Source: an uncultured Spirochaetota bacterium (GTDB lineage Bacteria; Spirochaetota; Spirochaetia; SZUA-6; Fen-1364). Taken from it: a stretch of 64,000 nt of DNA. The DNA lies in contig CAVUXE010000037.1 of the NCBI GenBank assembly GCA_963745235.1, positions 160,001 through 224,000 on the forward strand. The letters run 5' to 3'. Position numbers and translations under genes: made by a program. Positions 61,271-64,000 of the stretch are shown here, one piece after another. Position 1 is the first letter of the stretch. Every line of letters begins with the position of its first letter. The notes beneath the pieces were generated by a model that saw only the letters and a list, made by a program, of their open reading frames with translations, was not told the origin of the DNA and searched no databases.

Positions 61271-61957
61271 ATGAAACATTCCCTCATTGTGGGCGTGGTG
61301 CTTGCGCTGTGGGCAGTGACGCAATCACCGGCGGCATCGATCGACTCCAACTGGAGTCAAAACGGCAAGAGCTATCCCGCGGCGCAGTTCACGAAGCCGA
61401 TGCCCTGGGCGGCGGGACAGTACGTCGTAACCGGCGCCACGATGAACGGCGCCCGCAAGGCGGTTTCCCGGACCCTGCTCGTGCGCCAGGAACAGGGGGG
61501 GTGGGTCATCGAGACATCGACCACCGGCGGCAACGGAGAGGAAAAAGTGACGCAGATGTTGATCACCGGTTTCGAGCAGGCCATGACGACGGGTGACACC
61601 TCCGGCCTGGATCTCGTCTGGCTCAAGACCCTCAAGAAAGGCGGCGGCGTGACCACGATGCAGGGAGCCCAGCTCGGTTTCCTCAAGGGAATGTACAAGT
61701 CCGCCTACGAAGGCCTGGTCACGAAAACGTCCGGCCTTGCCGACGGCGGCGCCATCCAGGTGCCCGCGGGGTCTTTTGCCGGCACGAGCACGATCAAGGC
61801 CACGGTGAAGGTCCTGATGTCGACCGTCGAGTCGCAGGTCTGGCTGAACCCGGCCGTTCCCGTGAACGGCGTCGTCAAGAGCATGACCACTGACGGCAAG
61901 ATGGTCGTGGAGCTCCTCTCGTTCGGCTTTGACGGGGCACCGAAAATCCCGAACTGA
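61271..61957 (+). CDS. Secreted hypothetical protein
   Basis: GGAGG RBS; signal peptide; beta-rich with IQVPAGSF motif (DUF3108-like). Confidence 0.7.
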   Translation: MKHSLIVGVVLALWAVTQSPAASIDSNWSQNGKSYPAAQFTKPMPWAAGQYVVTGATMNGARKAVSRTLLVRQEQGGWVIETSTTGGNGEEKVTQMLITGFEQAMTTGDTSGLDLVWLKTLKKGGGVTTMQGAQLGFLKGMYKSAYEGLVTKTSGLADGGAIQVPAGSFAGTSTIKATVKVLMSTVESQVWLNPAVPVNGVVKSMTTDGKMVVELLSFGFDGAPKIPN

Positions 61958-62004
61958 AGACCTGCAGCTTCCCATTCACCGCTGTCCGCCTGTAATCTCC
62001 CCTC

Positions 62005-63180
62005 ATGCCCGTCTCTCGTCCCTTCGACAGGGAAGATGCAATTCGTCTCCTCGCGGACCTGGTGCGCGTGCCCACCGTGAACCCCCCGGGCGCGGACACG
62101 GAGGGCGCGCAGCTCCTTGCCCGCGAGCTGGACCGCAGGGGTCTGCACCCCGAGCTGACCGAGATTGCCCCGGGACAGGCAAACGTCACCGCCCGGCTGC
62201 GGGGGACGGGCGAGGTGCCGGCCCTTCTGTTCAACGGGCACATCGACGTGGTCCCGCCGGGCGAGGTGCCATGGAAGCACCCGCCGTTTGGCGCCCAGAT
62301 CGAGAACGGCAGGCTCTACGGGCGCGGTGCCGCGGATATGAAAAGCGGGCTTGCGGCCATGGTGACCGCCTTCGACGTGGTGGCGCGCACAGCGGGCAGG
62401 CTCCGCGGGGACCTTCTCTTCTCGGCAGTCTCGGACGAGGAAATGGGGGCGAGCGGCGCGCGGAGGCTTGCCGCGGACGGGTTCCTGCGGGGAGTCGGCG
62501 CCGTGGTGATAGGCGAGCCCACGGGCTTCAACGCGTATATCGCGCAGAAGGGCCTCTGCTGGCTGGAGCTTGAAACTGTGGGCATGACGGCCCATGGATC
62601 CATGCCTCACCTCGGCCACAATGCGATCGTGGATATGAACGGGTTGCTGGAAGAGGTCCTCGCCATTCCCCTGCGGGAAGGCCCGGACCCGGGCCACGGA
62701 AGGACCACCCTCAACATTGGGATGATTCACGGCGGCGTCGGGCCCAACGTGGTCCCGGACCTCTGCCGCGTGAGCCTGGACTTCCGGCTGCCGCCGGGCA
62801 TCACCCAGGGAGAAATCATCAAGGAGGTTCGCGCCGCCATGACGCGAGCCCAGGCAGGAAAAACGGGGATGAAAACGAACATCCGCACCACGGGCAGCAG
62901 GGCACCGGCTGCGACCTCGGCGGGTGATCCAATTGTGCGGCTTGTCCTCAAGGTGTGCGAAGAGAAGTTTCACCGGCGGCAGGAAGCCCTGCCGACGCCG
63001 GGGTATGCCACGGATGCCAGTGAGATGTGCTCGGATCCCCCCGTTCCATTTGTCATCATTGGTCCCGGACGGGAAGAGCTTGCCCACAAGCCTGATGAGA
63101 ATGTGGAAATCGATGACTACCTGAAAGCCATCGAGCTGTACACGGAGCTGGCGGAGAGATACCTGCGCGGGCCTGACTGA
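62005..63180 (+). CDS. M20 ArgE/DapE-family deacylase
   Basis: NGHIDVVP, GRGAADMKSG, DEE, GEPT and AHKPDE motifs. Confidence 0.88.
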   Translation: MPVSRPFDREDAIRLLADLVRVPTVNPPGADTEGAQLLARELDRRGLHPELTEIAPGQANVTARLRGTGEVPALLFNGHIDVVPPGEVPWKHPPFGAQIENGRLYGRGAADMKSGLAAMVTAFDVVARTAGRLRGDLLFSAVSDEEMGASGARRLAADGFLRGVGAVVIGEPTGFNAYIAQKGLCWLELETVGMTAHGSMPHLGHNAIVDMNGLLEEVLAIPLREGPDPGHGRTTLNIGMIHGGVGPNVVPDLCRVSLDFRLPPGITQGEIIKEVRAAMTRAQAGKTGMKTNIRTTGSRAPAATSAGDPIVRLVLKVCEEKFHRRQEALPTPGYATDASEMCSDPPVPFVIIGPGREELAHKPDENVEIDDYLKAIELYTELAERYLRGPD

Positions 63181-63220
63181 GGCCTCGGCTCCGACGGCCT
63201 GCGCCCGTGAGCCGCGCAGG

Positions 63221-63259
63221 GGGGCGCGCTTCTGCCTTTGCTTCACATAGGCGCGCCCT
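63221..63259. terminator. Possible hairpin between convergent genes
   Basis: Inverted repeat GGGCGCGC...GCGCGCCC with a long loop between the M20 gene and the 63272 gene; no clear U-tract. Confidence 0.3.
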
Positions 63260-63271
63260 CTGCCGGATGAT

Positions 63272-63649
63272 CTAGTTGGGAAGCGCGATCTTTATGGCTT
63301 GTGACTCCAGGTGCGTGTTCCCCGTGTTGACGAAGAGTTTTTCCCAGACTTGGGCGGGGTGGCCCGGACCCATTTCCCAGGTGGTTGAAACCGGAATCGA
63401 GGTAACCCCTGGTTTCACGGTCCACAGCTTCATCTCTGACTTTGCACCGTCGCTTCTCTCCCAGTGGTAGTTGAACACCAGCGGGGTGGTGAAGACTGCC
63501 ACCCGAACGGTGAAGTGGACAAGCGTGTTCCCGTTTGCAAGCTTCTGGGAGCTTGCCCCGACGCCCTGGATGCCTACGGGGTCGGCGAAGAGCACCCCTG
63601 GGACGAGTATGGCGCCCAGGAGAATCACAAAGAGCAGCGTCTTCTTCAT
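63272..63649 (-). CDS. Small secreted beta-rich hypothetical protein
   Basis: AAGGAGG RBS; signal peptide MKKTLLFVILLGAILVPGVLFA; YHWERSDG motif. Confidence 0.7.
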   Translation of the reverse strand: MKKTLLFVILLGAILVPGVLFADPVGIQGVGASSQKLANGNTLVHFTVRVAVFTTPLVFNYHWERSDGAKSEMKLWTVKPGVTSIPVSTTWEMGPGHPAQVWEKLFVNTGNTHLESQAIKIALPN

Positions 63650-63798
63650 GCCCAACACCTCCTTACGACCGTGCTTGAATTGTACTCGTAAAAGACGCCT
63701 CGGACCACAGTTTCCGCCCGCGAATTGCCTTGCCCGGGGAGCGTGCAAGCCCTATTTTGTTGGAAAAGAGCTCTTCAGCAAACGAAAGGCGTCAAAGC

Positions 63799-64000
63799 AT
63801 GGTACGAACCGCAGTTCTCGGCTACCCGCGCATGGGCCCCGCGCGGGAGATGAAGAAGGCCCTCGAACAGTTCTGGTCCTCGAAGACAGGCCAGGGGTCA
63901 CTCATGGAGGAGGCGAGGAAAGTCCGGGCAAGGCACTGGGATCTCCAGAAGGAAGCCGGGATCGACTTCATCCCTGCCGGGGATTTTTCGCTGTACGACC
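63799..64000 (+). CDS. metE: Cobalamin-independent methionine synthase, 5' fragment (runs off the window; absent from the ORF track)
   Basis: Manual translation gives MVRTAVLGYPRMGPAREMKKALEQFW...RARHWDLQKEAGIDFIPAGDFSLYD, the MetE N-terminus. Confidence 0.9.
   Translation, partial: MVRTAVLGYPRMGPAREMKKALEQFWSSKTGQGSLMEEARKVRARHWDLQKEAGIDFIPAGDFSLYD

Noticed and set aside
1-64000. rRNA, tRNA, CRISPR, prophage, integrase, transposase or defence systems; a firm taxonomic call
   Set aside because: None recognised by eye, and there are no marker genes I can place reliably without a search.

Overview
A 64 kb stretch of a high-GC (roughly 65% by eye) bacterial chromosome, from a diderm judging by an Omp85-type barrel. 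It holds about 48 protein-coding genes. I found no rRNA, tRNA, CRISPR array, prophage or IS element. Main blocks: (1) a myo-inositol catabolic operon (LacI regulator, two Gfo/Idh/MocA dehydrogenases, iolD, iolE, transaldolase-family gene); (2) a DUF3857/transglutaminase protein, three PAS hybrid histidine kinases, an ABC-2 exporter and a LacI/DUF1355 pair; (3) mrp-lipA-FNR; (4) a metallopeptidase/beta-propeller/Omp85 protein; (5) a PleD-like cyclase, MocR-pdxS-pdxT and a PilZ gene; (6) a double-length UvrA; (7) radical SAM, MarC, amidohydrolase, bCerS-like GNAT, GGDEF and ankyrin genes; (8) an oxidative purine catabolism locus (allE, ilvC-like, allC, uraD, uricase, uraH, allB, DUF3311, SSS transporter), then a CHASE-GAF-GGDEF gene divergent from a single-chain xanthine dehydrogenase; (9) LuxR, M20 deacylase, secreted proteins and the 5' end of metE. 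The strongest candidate for new biology is the ketol-acid reductoisomerase paralogue inside the purine operon. It has lost the second pair of metal-binding glutamates, and the operon lacks any known ureidoglycolate-consuming enzyme, so it may be a new ureidoglycolate dehydrogenase or a glyoxylate-handling enzyme. Nine or ten reading-frame breaks are all single-base insertions, so they are probably sequencing or assembly errors rather than pseudogenes. All protein assignments come from motif recognition by eye; no database search was run.
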